From positions 1-25,061 of the forward strand of contig JBHHYO010000038.1 in the NCBI GenBank assembly GCA_046757665.1: a DNA stretch of 25,061 nt, read 5' to 3'. Under the pieces are notes generated by a model that saw only the letters and a list, made by a program, of their open reading frames with translations, was not told where the DNA came from and searched no databases. Positions 1 through 9,078 of this stretch are shown in pieces. The translations under genes were made by a program, and so were the position numbers. This stretch comes from Nitrospinales bacterium (GTDB lineage: Bacteria > Nitrospinota > Nitrospinia > Nitrospinales > JAJDAT01). The number at the start of each line of letters is the position of its first letter. Position 1 is the stretch's first letter.

Positions 1-1285
1 CGACGATCGCGCCGTTGCCGTTGAGGATTTCCGCGACTTTTGCGCGGGCGTGGTGCGGGATTTTCAGTTTGAGAATCACGTGGGTTTCGGTGTACTCCGT
101 ATCCACGATGAGGGCGGTCTTGCGGATGGCGTCGACCAGCTTGGCCTGGGCGTGTTCCAGCTTGACGCGGCAGGCGGTCAGTCGCTTTTCATAGCAGTGG
201 GTGATGGCGCGGCGCAGGTCGGGGATGCCCCGGCCACTGCGCCCGCAGACGAAAACCGCGCGCGGGTATTGCCGGGCCAGCCCCGCCAGGGCTTCCTTGT
301 CCGCCACCGTATCGGTTTTGTTGAAAACCGTCAGCGCGTCGGTCGAGGCCGCTCCCAACTCGTTGAGCAGTTGGTCCGCGGTGTTCATCTGGTTTCTGAA
401 ATCAGGGTGTCCGGCATCCACCACCTTGAGGAGCAGGTCCGCGTCGCGCACCTCGTCGAGCGTGCTTTTGAAGGACGCCACCAGGTCGTGCGGCAGTTTG
501 TCGATCAGGCCCACGGTGTCCGACACCAGCACGGGATACGGGAAATTGCCCTTGATCTTGCGGGTGGTGGAATCGAGGGTGGCGAACAGTTGGTCCGCGA
601 CGCCGGTGGCGGCGTCCGTCAGGCGGTTCATCAGCGTGGACTTGCCGACGTTGGTGTATCCCACCAGGGCCACCTTGTAGGTGTTGCGGCGGCTTTTGCG
701 TTGCACCTGTTTTTCGTGGTCGATGCGCTTGAGCTGTCTTTCCAGTTTGGTGATGTTGTCGCGGGTCAGCCGCCGGTCCAACTGGATTTGCGTTTCGCCG
801 ACGTCGCGCAGGCCGATGCCGCCGCGTTGCCGCGACAGATGGCCCCACAGTTTCGACAGCCGGGGCAGGGCGTATTTCAGGCGCGCCAGTTCGACCTGGG
901 TCTTGGCCTCGCGCGTCTTGGCGTGGTCGCTGAAGATTTCCAGGATCAGCCAGGGCCGGTCGATGACGCGGCACTGAAACATTTTTTCCAGATTGCGGTT
1001 TTGCGCCGGGGCCAGGGGTTCGTCAAAGATGACGACTTCCGCGTCGTGGAACCGCACCGCATGGAGCAGTTCATCGACTTTGCCGCTACCCAGAAACGTT
1101 TTGGCGTTGATGGCGGCCAGGCGTTGCGTGAAAACCGCCACCGGTTGGTAAAAAGCGGTTTCCGCCAGGCCTTTCAACTCCTCCAGCGAGGTCTGCATCG
1201 ACGAACGGCCGTTATGCGGGAGTTGGACCCCCACCAGCACCGCTTTTCGCATGGGCGATTTAATTTTGCTTGTTCGGGATTTCAT
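1..1285 (-). CDS. hflX: GTPase HflX (3' end truncated by window edge)
   Basis: Absent from the ORF track because it has no stop in the window. Manual translation from ATG 1285 (alternative ATG 1252) gives MKSRTSKIKSPMRKAVLVGVQ...SLEELKGLAETA...FLGSGKVDEL...VIDRPWLILEIFSDHAKTREAKTQVELARLKY...LSRQRGGIGLRDVGETQIQLDRR...VALVGYTNVGKSTLMN...LFATLDST...SDTVGLI...LVASFKSTLDE...VFNKTD. G1-G4 and HflX N-terminal motifs are present, and the frame is open to position 2. Confidence 0.97.
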   Translation of the reverse strand, partial: MKSRTSKIKSPMRKAVLVGVQLPHNGRSSMQTSLEELKGLAETAFYQPVAVFTQRLAAINAKTFLGSGKVDELLHAVRFHDAEVVIFDEPLAPAQNRNLEKMFQCRVIDRPWLILEIFSDHAKTREAKTQVELARLKYALPRLSKLWGHLSRQRGGIGLRDVGETQIQLDRRLTRDNITKLERQLKRIDHEKQVQRKSRRNTYKVALVGYTNVGKSTLMNRLTDAATGVADQLFATLDSTTRKIKGNFPYPVLVSDTVGLIDKLPHDLVASFKSTLDEVRDADLLLKVVDAGHPDFRNQMNTADQLLNELGAASTDALTVFNKTDTVADKEALAGLARQYPRAVFVCGRSGRGIPDLRRAITHCYEKRLTACRVKLEHAQAKLVDAIRKTALIVDTEYTETHVILKLKIPHHARAKVAEILNGNGAIV

Positions 1286-1294
1286 CGGTATCCA

Positions 1295-3004
1295 TCAATC
1301 ATTATACTCCATTCCGGCGTGGCCGGTCGGCGGTCTTGCGGATTTCCATGCGGCGCGCAAGCCGGTCCCCAGCGCGCCAAGCGACAGCAGTCCCAACAAA
1401 AAAGCCACAGCGGCGGTCTTCCCCGCGCCGGGCAAGCCGGCGGCGCGCGCATTCAGCCACCAGACGTTGTACTGAAAATGGGCCGTGTTGATGACCTTTG
1501 GTATCCACAGGGTATTGAGCGTTTTCCAGGGCGGCGATTGAAAAATTTTCATACCCTGCTCGTCCCCGCGGTGGAAAATGACCCGCATCATCCACAGGTG
1601 GCCGGCAAGCGGACTGAACTCCGGTATGAAATGCAGTTGCAGTGAATCGTCCCGGATGGGCCAGTCGGCATCGAAAAACTTTCCCGGGAAAACGCCGACT
1701 GCGGCTACGGTTTGAATGTAATGTTCGCTTTTAATGCACAGCCCCGGAATCTGCACTGCCAGGGAAACCGCCAGCAGAAGCGACACCAGTACCGGAGCGC
1801 GGCGGTGTCCCGGTTGCCGTGCGCGCCAATGGTCGATGATGCGTTCCACGAACGGTCCGGCCAGCAGAAGAAAAAACGGCGGCAGGCAGGACAAGTAACG
1901 CGGCCCCCAGCTCCAGTCCCCATGCCACCCGTACCAGGTGCTGTAAATGACGATCATGCCGACGATCATCGACAGCAGGACCAGTCCCTCGGCGGAGTTC
2001 CGCCGGTAAAAATCCCGCCACCCGAAAAAAGCCAGCACGGTGGACGGATTATAAAAGAAGAACCCCTTGCCGGAGCTTAACAACTGTCCATACAGTCCCA
2101 CCGGAAAAGCCACGTTGAACCCGAACATCGTGTCGCGGACATCGTACGTTCTGCCGTCCAGGTAGCCGAGCGCAAAGTAACTTCCGTAACGCAGGTGGTT
2201 GTACCACAAAACCGTGTAGCCCATGGCCAGCAGGGGAGCCAGGAACCAGAAGGCGGACCGGCAAGGCCCGGTCAGGGGCGACTTCGCCCCGGAACCCTTC
2301 AATGACCGGTACTCCCCGGCGGCAAGATAAATAAAGTAGGCGGCGAAGATGGGAACCGCATAGGCGGCGACGATTTTCGTCAACACCGCGAAGCCGATGG
2401 CCCCGCCCGCCACCGCGAGCCAGAACCGCCTGCCGGAGGTTTTGTAGGAAAGAAACGCAAACAGGGCGAGCAACCACGTCAAACCCAGTGTCGGATCGGA
2501 AAACAAGGTCTGCGAGTAGGGCCAGACCATCGTCGTGAGCCCCAGGACCAGGGTCAAAAAAAATCCGGCGCCGGGGCGCAGTCCCAGTTTCAGGCAAGTC
2601 AAAAAAAACAGAACATTGACGAGGGCGCCGGTGAAAGCGGCCAGCGCGTACACGGTCAGCACGGAAAAAATATACGCCTGGGCGTCGCGGGCTTTCCTGG
2701 CGCTCCGAAACGCCCGCACCACGGCCATGTCGATCAGGGATTGACCCAGGCCGTATTTGCTGAAACCGTCCGGGTAAAATCCGTAACTGCTGAACGTTTT
2801 CGTGAAGTTCATTCCGGGAGGGAGCCAGGAAAATCCGTAGTGCGCCACCCGGTCCGCCACGCCCAAAAGAATCGCCTCGTCCCCGCCGGGAAGCTTGGCG
2901 GGGGAAGTGAACAAATAAAGGCAGAAAAAACCGATCAACAAACAGGCGGCGGAAAACGGCGTTTTCGAAGTTTTGCCTGGAACGGTTATGGTAGGTGAAG
3001 TCAT
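1295..3004 (-). CDS. Polytopic membrane glycosyltransferase, GT-C fold (PMT/ArnT-like, lipid-carrier dependent)
   Basis: 569 aa with many hydrophobic helices, an acidic DE pair after TM1 (PGGDEA), WPYSQTLFSD, LTKIVAAY and WHGDWSWGPRYL motifs typical of bacterial GT-C proteins. Overlaps the upstream gene's stop by 4 bp (ATGA). Confidence 0.72.
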   Translation of the reverse strand: MTSPTITVPGKTSKTPFSAACLLIGFFCLYLFTSPAKLPGGDEAILLGVADRVAHYGFSWLPPGMNFTKTFSSYGFYPDGFSKYGLGQSLIDMAVVRAFRSARKARDAQAYIFSVLTVYALAAFTGALVNVLFFLTCLKLGLRPGAGFFLTLVLGLTTMVWPYSQTLFSDPTLGLTWLLALFAFLSYKTSGRRFWLAVAGGAIGFAVLTKIVAAYAVPIFAAYFIYLAAGEYRSLKGSGAKSPLTGPCRSAFWFLAPLLAMGYTVLWYNHLRYGSYFALGYLDGRTYDVRDTMFGFNVAFPVGLYGQLLSSGKGFFFYNPSTVLAFFGWRDFYRRNSAEGLVLLSMIVGMIVIYSTWYGWHGDWSWGPRYLSCLPPFFLLLAGPFVERIIDHWRARQPGHRRAPVLVSLLLAVSLAVQIPGLCIKSEHYIQTVAAVGVFPGKFFDADWPIRDDSLQLHFIPEFSPLAGHLWMMRVIFHRGDEQGMKIFQSPPWKTLNTLWIPKVINTAHFQYNVWWLNARAAGLPGAGKTAAVAFLLGLLSLGALGTGLRAAWKSARPPTGHAGMEYND

Positions 3005-4215
3005 GGTTGTTTTTCGAGGATGACCTCCCCGTCGATCATGGCGAAATCGACCTGGTTCCGTCCGGCGCCAAACGGAACGTCATAAAGCGACGCGGGTGGA
3101 TTGGCGACGCGCAAGCCGATGAGGTCCGCGGGCATTCCCGGCGCGGCATAACCCGTTTTCAAGCCCAGCGCCTCCGCGCCGCGCCAGGTGGCCATTTCGA
3201 GAATCTCCCTGCGGCTGACGCCGGGAAGCATCTCCTCGGCGGCCCGCAGTTCCCGGAAAAAGTTGAGCGAATCGTTGCTGGCAAGCGAGTCGGTGCCGAT
3301 GCCGACCTGGATGCCGCCGTTCAACAATTTGCGAACGTCCATCCATTGCTGTCTGCCGAACCAGCGGGTGCTTTGCGGACAAAAAACGCCCGCCACGAAA
3401 TTGGCCACCAGCAAATTCATGTCGTCCTCGATGTAGTTCAGATGAATGGCGGTCAGGGCGTCCATGACTTCCAGGTCGTCGAGGTATTGCAAGGGGGTGG
3501 CTCCCGGCGGTTTCCAGGCGTCGTCATAAACGCCGCGCGTTTTCAGCAGGCGGCGCAGGTCGCCACTGCCGTCCTGGAGGAATTGCATTTCTTCCGGCAG
3601 TTCCGCCACGTGGCTGGAAAACGGCAGGCCGTGCCGGTCGGCCAGTCGGCGCAGTTCCCGGTATAATGCGGGGGCAACGGAGTAGGGCGCATGAGGCGCC
3701 AGCCCCAACCGGCGGCGGCCTTCCGGAAACGCGGAGGTTTGCAAAACCGATTCCAGACCCTTGACGATCCCGCCCGCCAGGGAACCTTTAAAACCCAGGG
3801 CCTCCAGAAACACCACCTGCCGAAACGGCAGGTTCGTATATTCGTCCAGCAATTCGGGCTGTGACAGATAATCCGCCAGCGTGGTCACGCCGGAGCGAAC
3901 CAGCGTTTCCGCGCCCGCCGTCAAGCGGCGGATTTTTTCTTCCCGCGTCGCGGCTTGCTCCTGCTCGACAAGCGCCAGCGCCCAATCGACAAAGTTTTCG
4001 GGCTTGCCGCCGCGCAAGGGCGACAGGGCAAGATGACAATGCGCGTTGACGAATCCGGGTAGCACCAGGCAATCCGACAGATCGATCGAGGGCTCGCCGG
4101 AAACCCGGCCCAGGGAACGTATGATTCCGGTCTCGACGACCAGCTCGCCGCCGCGTATTTCCTCGCCCTGCATGGTGAGCAGGTAGCCGAACTTGATTTT
4201 GATTGTGTCCGCCAT
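3001..4215 (-). CDS. Metal-dependent amidohydrolase (nucleoside deaminase-like; resembles aminodeoxyfutalosine/MTA-SAH deaminases)
   Basis: PGFVNAHCHL (HxH), APHAPYS, HVAE, IHLN and GIGTDS metal-ligand motifs of the amidohydrolase TIM barrel. The substrate cannot be fixed from sequence alone. Confidence 0.88.
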   Translation of the reverse strand: MADTIKIKFGYLLTMQGEEIRGGELVVETGIIRSLGRVSGEPSIDLSDCLVLPGFVNAHCHLALSPLRGGKPENFVDWALALVEQEQAATREEKIRRLTAGAETLVRSGVTTLADYLSQPELLDEYTNLPFRQVVFLEALGFKGSLAGGIVKGLESVLQTSAFPEGRRRLGLAPHAPYSVAPALYRELRRLADRHGLPFSSHVAELPEEMQFLQDGSGDLRRLLKTRGVYDDAWKPPGATPLQYLDDLEVMDALTAIHLNYIEDDMNLLVANFVAGVFCPQSTRWFGRQQWMDVRKLLNGGIQVGIGTDSLASNDSLNFFRELRAAEEMLPGVSRREILEMATWRGAEALGLKTGYAAPGMPADLIGLRVANPPASLYDVPFGAGRNQVDFAMIDGEVILEKQP

Positions 4216-4234
4216 TGAATCTCCGGTTCGTAAA

Positions 4235-4402
4235 GAGACATTTGCGTGAGTTGATATTCTTCGCCGCCCTCGGTGTCATCGCGAGCCGCCACCGGCGGCG
4301 TGGCGATCCAGCCGGGCCGCGCCCGGGGTCCTTTCTGGATTGCTTCGTCGGCAGAGCCGCCTCGCAATGACGATTGAACAAGGATACTTATGCGAAGCGT
4401 TC
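4235..4402 (+). repeat. Family-1 palindromic MITE/REP-like element, copy 1 (diverged termini)
   Basis: Core GTCATCGCGAG (4275-4285)...CTCGCAATGAC (4361-4371) is near-identical to 24059-24163 and to the reverse complement of 17124-17221. Ends GAGACATTTGCGTGA (4235) and TTATGCGAAGCGTTC (4388) are degenerate versions of GAGACCTTTGCATAA and its reverse complement. Confidence 0.9.
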
Positions 4403-4429
4403 TTTGTAAAGAGTCCGCCTTTGCGCTCG

Positions 4430-6901
4430 TTACTGCGTATCCGCGAATATACCCCACTGGGTTTTAAAAATCAGGTGATTGTTTTTACCGCCGGGCGAAT
4501 AATAATCGTTGCCGCCGCCGGTATCGAAATGCAGTCCGAAACTGCCGAGGCCGCGATGTTCGAGGAAATTTCCCCGGCCCTGCCCCAGGCCTTTTATATA
4601 GTACTCATCGTCGCCGCCGTTGTCGTCGAGAATGCCGACCCCGTTGTCGTTTCCCGCGCCCTGGGAGATGACGCCGCCGATGTAACGGTCGTTGCCGCCG
4701 TTGTCCATCAGGATGCCGACGGCGTAATCGTGGCCGCAACCTTGCGAGACGCCGAAGTAGGCGAGGTACTGGTCGTCGCCCTCCCCGTCCATCAGAATGC
4801 CGGCGGACAAATGAATCCCCGCGCCCTGGGAGTAGCGTCCGGAGACGTAGGTGTCGTGGCCCTTGCGGTCCGCCAGGATGCCCAGGGCGAACCAATAGCT
4901 GGAGCCCTGCGAGAAATAATCGCCGATATAAGTGTCGTTGCCCGCCGCGTCCGCGAGGATGCCGATGCCGCCGGATGCGCCCACGGAGGTTTCGCCGGGC
5001 CGCAGTCCGAGCCCGAATCCCTGCGACAGGGACTCGTAGGATTTTTCCGGGGCGCGGAAGTCGGCGTATTTTCCTCCGGCAAAATATTTATCCGCGCCGC
5101 CGGCCTCGACGATGGCGCCGTATCCCTTGACGAATCCGAACGCCTGCGAAAACCGCGTGGCGGAGTAGTCGTCGTTACCGCCGCCCTCGGCGAGGATACC
5201 CACGCCGAAAACGCCCGCGCCCTGGCTGACGGCGTCGCTTTTGTACACGTCATGGCCGGCGAGGTCCACCAGCAGGCCCGCCCCGAGGAAGCCCATTCCC
5301 TGGGAGTAGTTTCCCGCCGAGTACAAGTCGTCGCCTTTCAGGTCGATCAATATTCCCGCGCCCAGGATGCCGGAGCCCTGAACGAAATCCTCGCTGGAGG
5401 CGTAGATGTCGTTGCCCGCAAAGTCGATGATGATAGTGAACGGATGTTCGCGGCTGTTGCCGGCGGCGCGGCCCAGATAGCGGTCGTCTCCGCCCACGTC
5501 CAGGATAATGGCGGCGTCTTCGCGGTACTCATTGTTTCCCGGCCCGCCGATCAACACCTTGCCGATGGGGGTTTCCAGAATCGTCAGGCCGGGCGCCTCG
5601 CGGACGACCCAGTCCTTTTTGAACCGGCGCGGCGAGCCTTCGCCGATGTCCATGTCCGGCAGGGCGGGCAGGTCGATGGCGCGGGCCACATGGACCGCCG
5701 CCGCCAGCAGGCGCGGCAGGTCCGGGCGCAAGGCGGTCTTGAAAAAGAGAAGCAGATCCTCCTCGTCCCGCCGTTTTTCCTCCTCCGTTTTTTCCTTTTC
5801 TTCTTCGGTTACGTCTTCCTTGAGGAGATCGGCGGCGCCTTCATAGAGAATGTCGATTTCCTCGGGAGCGAGGGCGGCCAGCGCGTCGTCCCGCATGTGA
5901 CGGGCGCGGGATACGGCGGCCACCAGCCGCTCGACGTATTCGCCCAGGCCGGCGGCTTGTTCCCCCGTGGCAACAGGGGGGACGCCGGGTTGCAGGTCCA
6001 ACGCTTCCATGCCGGTGCGCACCAGCCCCGGCAAATCCCTTGTCTTCTCGTCGAACGACTCAAACAAATCCCCGCTCATCTCATGCGCCGTCGCGGGCAG
6101 TTCCAGCGGGTAATACATCGCCCGGTTCACCGCCCGGAGCCGAAAGGGATTGTAATCTCCTTGATCCCTGATCAGGAAACTGACGATATCGGTGGTTGTG
6201 CCGCGAATGGCCGCCGCCGTTCGCATGTATTCTTCCTCGAGCTTTTCTTTTTTCAAGGCGTAATGCAACAGCGAATTGGGGTAGGTGGACGGGTTTGCCC
6301 GCTTGCCGGGCGCGGGTTTGACCGCGGCCCGGGGTTTGGCCTCCAGGGTGACGGCAATCTCGCGGCTCGCCCCGTCGCGCAGGATCGTGAGGCGGATCCT
6401 GTTTCCCGCGCCCTTGTCCTCGACCGATCGTTTGAAATCCTTTAACAGGGAATCCTTGCCGCCGGCGGACAATTTACTCCCATCGAGGCCGACGATTTTA
6501 TCGCCCTTTAAAAGACCCGCTTTCTTGGCGGGGGAGAATGGAAGCACTTGCCCCACTTCGATGGCGGGTTTGGCGGAGCCTGAATCATCGTCCGCCGATG
6601 GAATTTTCATGCCGATACCCAGCCAGCTTTTTTCGGGGCTTGCCTCCGTCGGGCGTTTGGACGGCCCATCCTGTTCCCAGGCGTAAAAATCGGCGGGCAG
6701 AGCGAAAAGCCGTTCCAGCCGGGAGGGATTTTGGTTCACCTGCTTGCCGTACCCGTCATAACTCTCGGTCAACATGGCAAAGGAGGTTTCCTTTGGCGGA
6801 GTTTTTTTCGCCGCCGCGCAGGCGAACCCGACAAAACAAACAGCGGCGCAAAAAACGATGCGCCCGAATTTAAAAAACACATTGCCGGATTTCATGGCCA
6901 T
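4430..6901 (-). CDS. Exported (possible lipo)protein with N-terminal PDZ domain and C-terminal D-x-x-G-x-D-x-Y glycine-rich repeats
   Basis: The real start is probably ATG 6901 or 6895 (MAMKSGNVFFKFGRIVFCAAVCFVGFAC, signal-peptide-like and ending in Cys), just after the upstream stop at 6907. The extension to 7747 in the ORF track overlaps the upstream GT gene. PDZ: WLGIGMK...VGQVLPFSPAKKAGLLKGDKIVGLDG...LTILRDG. About 13 repeats such as LDVGGDDRY, IDFAGNDIY, IDLKGDDLY and MDNGGNDRY. Confidence 0.85.
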   Translation of the reverse strand: MAMKSGNVFFKFGRIVFCAAVCFVGFACAAAKKTPPKETSFAMLTESYDGYGKQVNQNPSRLERLFALPADFYAWEQDGPSKRPTEASPEKSWLGIGMKIPSADDDSGSAKPAIEVGQVLPFSPAKKAGLLKGDKIVGLDGSKLSAGGKDSLLKDFKRSVEDKGAGNRIRLTILRDGASREIAVTLEAKPRAAVKPAPGKRANPSTYPNSLLHYALKKEKLEEEYMRTAAAIRGTTTDIVSFLIRDQGDYNPFRLRAVNRAMYYPLELPATAHEMSGDLFESFDEKTRDLPGLVRTGMEALDLQPGVPPVATGEQAAGLGEYVERLVAAVSRARHMRDDALAALAPEEIDILYEGAADLLKEDVTEEEKEKTEEEKRRDEEDLLLFFKTALRPDLPRLLAAAVHVARAIDLPALPDMDIGEGSPRRFKKDWVVREAPGLTILETPIGKVLIGGPGNNEYREDAAIILDVGGDDRYLGRAAGNSREHPFTIIIDFAGNDIYASSEDFVQGSGILGAGILIDLKGDDLYSAGNYSQGMGFLGAGLLVDLAGHDVYKSDAVSQGAGVFGVGILAEGGGNDDYSATRFSQAFGFVKGYGAIVEAGGADKYFAGGKYADFRAPEKSYESLSQGFGLGLRPGETSVGASGGIGILADAAGNDTYIGDYFSQGSSYWFALGILADRKGHDTYVSGRYSQGAGIHLSAGILMDGEGDDQYLAYFGVSQGCGHDYAVGILMDNGGNDRYIGGVISQGAGNDNGVGILDDNGGDDEYYIKGLGQGRGNFLEHRGLGSFGLHFDTGGGNDYYSPGGKNNHLIFKTQWGIFADTQ

Positions 6902-6906
6902 GACCG

Positions 6907-8559
6907 TCAAAACCGAAAGATGGAATATCGTTCCAGCGTAACCTTGCCGAACGCGAATGGTAGCGGCCCCCATCGGTGGGAATAAAACCCCGCGCCAACG
7001 CTCCGGTTCATGGTTGCCGGCAAAGAGGGCAAGGACCGTTCGACCACTTTCTCCCGCCGGGTTTTCCGGATGCCGGGAGCCAGCGCAAAATCGACGGCGG
7101 CGTTTCCCGGCAGGATCAAAACATCTCCGGGTGCAAGCGCGGATTTGCCGATGTCCACCGGTTTGCCGCCGCCGGATTCCATATAATATTGAAATCCCCA
7201 ATGCCCGCCGAACCACAGGGGGTGCGAGCCATATTGCCGGGTAAACTCCGTGGCGGCGGCGCGGACGCTGTTTGCCATGCGATAATCGCCCACGGCGACC
7301 AGCAGGGCCAGAACCAGGGACGGCAGTAACGGCCAGGCGGCCTTCCACGCGAAACCGGCGCCGGCAATTCGGTTCATGCCGTCCATCCGGCGCGCCAGCA
7401 AAATTCCCATGGCCGGGGCCATCGGCAGAATGGAGCGGCCGTTCACCATCCAGTTGATAAAGGCGGCAAACACAAAAGTCCCGAACACCCAGAGCAGTAA
7501 CAAGAGCGAGGCGGGGTCCTCCCTGTGCTTCAAAAAATCCGCAACCGCCAGCGCCAGCAGGCCGAGGCCGCCTGTCACAAATACCGCGAACTGAATCGTC
7601 ATTGGCCAATGCGCCCCGTCCAGGGCAACCTTGCCGGGCAGAACAAAAGGCGTCAGACACGCAAGCGCTATCAAAAACAAAACCACGCCCAGCAAGACTT
7701 TCCGCGATTCGCTTGCAGTGGCGAAGAAGATAACCGTAGCGAGGCAACCGCCGGTGAAAGACAAACCGACGATGCCTTTATAAAAAAGCGGCTCGCCGAA
7801 TTGCGCCCCGACCGAGCCCGCGTAGGCCATGGCACTCGAAAACAGGCCCTTGCCGTACATCATGTGCGTCAGCCATTCATAGCCGAAAACGACAGCCGCC
7901 GGGATCAGGAGAAACCCTTGTTCCCGGGCCAGGCCGCGCCGTTGCGCCAGGGAGTAAACGAACAACAGCGGCACCAGGCTGACGGCGAAGAATTTCGTCA
8001 TGGCCGCCAGGGCGGCGAGGAGCGAGGCGGCGAGGAAGAATCCGTATCCGCCGCCGCGCGCGCCGCGCAACCACAGGGCGACCGCCCAAACCCAGAAGGC
8101 CAGCATCAGGGTATCGCACATCACGTTGGCGCTCGACACCAGAACCACCGGCGTCAACAGCGCCGCCAGCGCCGCCAGCAGGGGCTGGGAGCAAAGCAGT
8201 CGGGCCAGAGCCCAGGTTCCCAGAACCACGCCGAGCGCCGGGACAAGAAAGACCAGGTGCAGAGCCGTCTCGCTCCACCCGAACAGGCCGCCAGCCAGGG
8301 CGATAAAATACGAATTGAGCGGCGGGTTGGTCGCCAGGTCCGGCATGGGAATTTCGCGCCCCGTCCAGTTAATCATGAACCCGAAAAAATCCGCGGGATC
8401 GGATTGAATCTGCCGGGCGATGCGGAGAAATACGGGGTCGTCGATGTGAAAGGCCTTGTCGGCAAAGGGAAGCAGGCAGGCCAGGGTCGCCGCCGTCAGA
8501 ACCGCCACGGGCATCCAGGAAAGACTCGTGGAGCGCGAAAGCGTGGAGGGTTCGATCAT
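6907..8559 (-). CDS. GT-C glycosyltransferase (ArnT/PMT_2, family 39/83-like)
   Basis: 550 aa polytopic membrane protein with FHIDDPVF (acidic pair after TM1), TNPPLNSYF, LFGWSE, MCDTL, AMTKF and NGRSILP motifs. Confidence 0.8.
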   Translation of the reverse strand: MIEPSTLSRSTSLSWMPVAVLTAATLACLLPFADKAFHIDDPVFLRIARQIQSDPADFFGFMINWTGREIPMPDLATNPPLNSYFIALAGGLFGWSETALHLVFLVPALGVVLGTWALARLLCSQPLLAALAALLTPVVLVSSANVMCDTLMLAFWVWAVALWLRGARGGGYGFFLAASLLAALAAMTKFFAVSLVPLLFVYSLAQRRGLAREQGFLLIPAAVVFGYEWLTHMMYGKGLFSSAMAYAGSVGAQFGEPLFYKGIVGLSFTGGCLATVIFFATASESRKVLLGVVLFLIALACLTPFVLPGKVALDGAHWPMTIQFAVFVTGGLGLLALAVADFLKHREDPASLLLLLWVFGTFVFAAFINWMVNGRSILPMAPAMGILLARRMDGMNRIAGAGFAWKAAWPLLPSLVLALLVAVGDYRMANSVRAAATEFTRQYGSHPLWFGGHWGFQYYMESGGGKPVDIGKSALAPGDVLILPGNAAVDFALAPGIRKTRREKVVERSLPSLPATMNRSVGAGFYSHRWGPLPFAFGKVTLERYSIFRF

Positions 8560-8604
8560 CTTCCGTTCGTTCTCACTTTAAAAAAGTTGAAAGACGACAT
8601 CCGT

Positions 8605-9078
8605 TTAACAGAAGGTTGTTTTTCGGTAAGCGTGGTAATCCGCGCCGAATTTTTCCGCCAGGGTTTTTTCTTCCAGACGGATGCGGACAAGGTTCAACGG
8701 CAAAACGACGACCAGCAGATAGATCATGCCGAAGGTCGAGCCGCAAGCCAGGAGCAGTCCGAACAGGGTCAGCGTGATCCCGAGATACATGGGATGGCGG
8801 CAATATTTGTAAACCCCGCGCGTCACCAGCCGGTCCGCTTGCGGCAGTACGGCCAGCGACCGGCCCAGGTTGATGGTGGATACGATCCACAAAACGACGC
8901 CCAGCGCCCCAACTCCCAATCCCAACTCCACCAACCAGGGGATGCCAAAACCGAAATGCTTCGGCGAAAAGTAAGCCATGGCCAGCGGGACGAAATAAAC
9001 CGACGGCACCAAAACATTCAGCGCAAACCTTTTGTTGGGCGACAAATCGCAGGGCATAAACTGGTCGGGTTGTTTCAA
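8605..9078 (-). CDS. Isoprenylcysteine carboxyl methyltransferase / PEMT (Ste14) family membrane methyltransferase
   Basis: LVTRGVYKYCRHPMYLG and RIRLEEKTLAEKFGADYHAYRK signature motifs. Start is TTG 9078 (overlapping the lpxK stop) or ATG 9057. Confidence 0.88.
   Translation of the reverse strand: MKQPDQFMPCDLSPNKRFALNVLVPSVYFVPLAMAYFSPKHFGFGIPWLVELGLGVGALGVVLWIVSTINLGRSLAVLPQADRLVTRGVYKYCRHPMYLGITLTLFGLLLACGSTFGMIYLLVVVLPLNLVRIRLEEKTLAEKFGADYHAYRKTTFC

Noticed and set aside
50..1645. 531-aa + strand ORF
   Set aside because: Antisense shadow of hflX and the GT-C 3' end. It has no recognisable motifs, and such ORFs are expected in high-GC DNA.
4275..4371. Family-1 cloverleaf as a tRNA
   Set aside because: No T-loop (GTTCRA), D-loop consensus, 7-nt anticodon loop or CCA end.
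4230..4413. 8-bp direct repeat GTAAAGAG (4230-4237 and 4406-4413) as a target-site duplication of family-1 copy 1
   Set aside because: It overlaps the presumed terminal repeat and no equivalent duplication is visible at copies 2 and 3. Kept only as a possibility.
4340..6445. 701-aa + strand ORF
   Set aside because: Antisense shadow of the PDZ/repeat gene. It starts inside a repeat element.
6902..7747. N-terminal extension making the PDZ protein 1105 aa
   Set aside because: It overlaps the GT-C gene in another frame and is Arg/Pro-rich with no protein-like pattern. A signal peptide begins at ATG 6901/6895.
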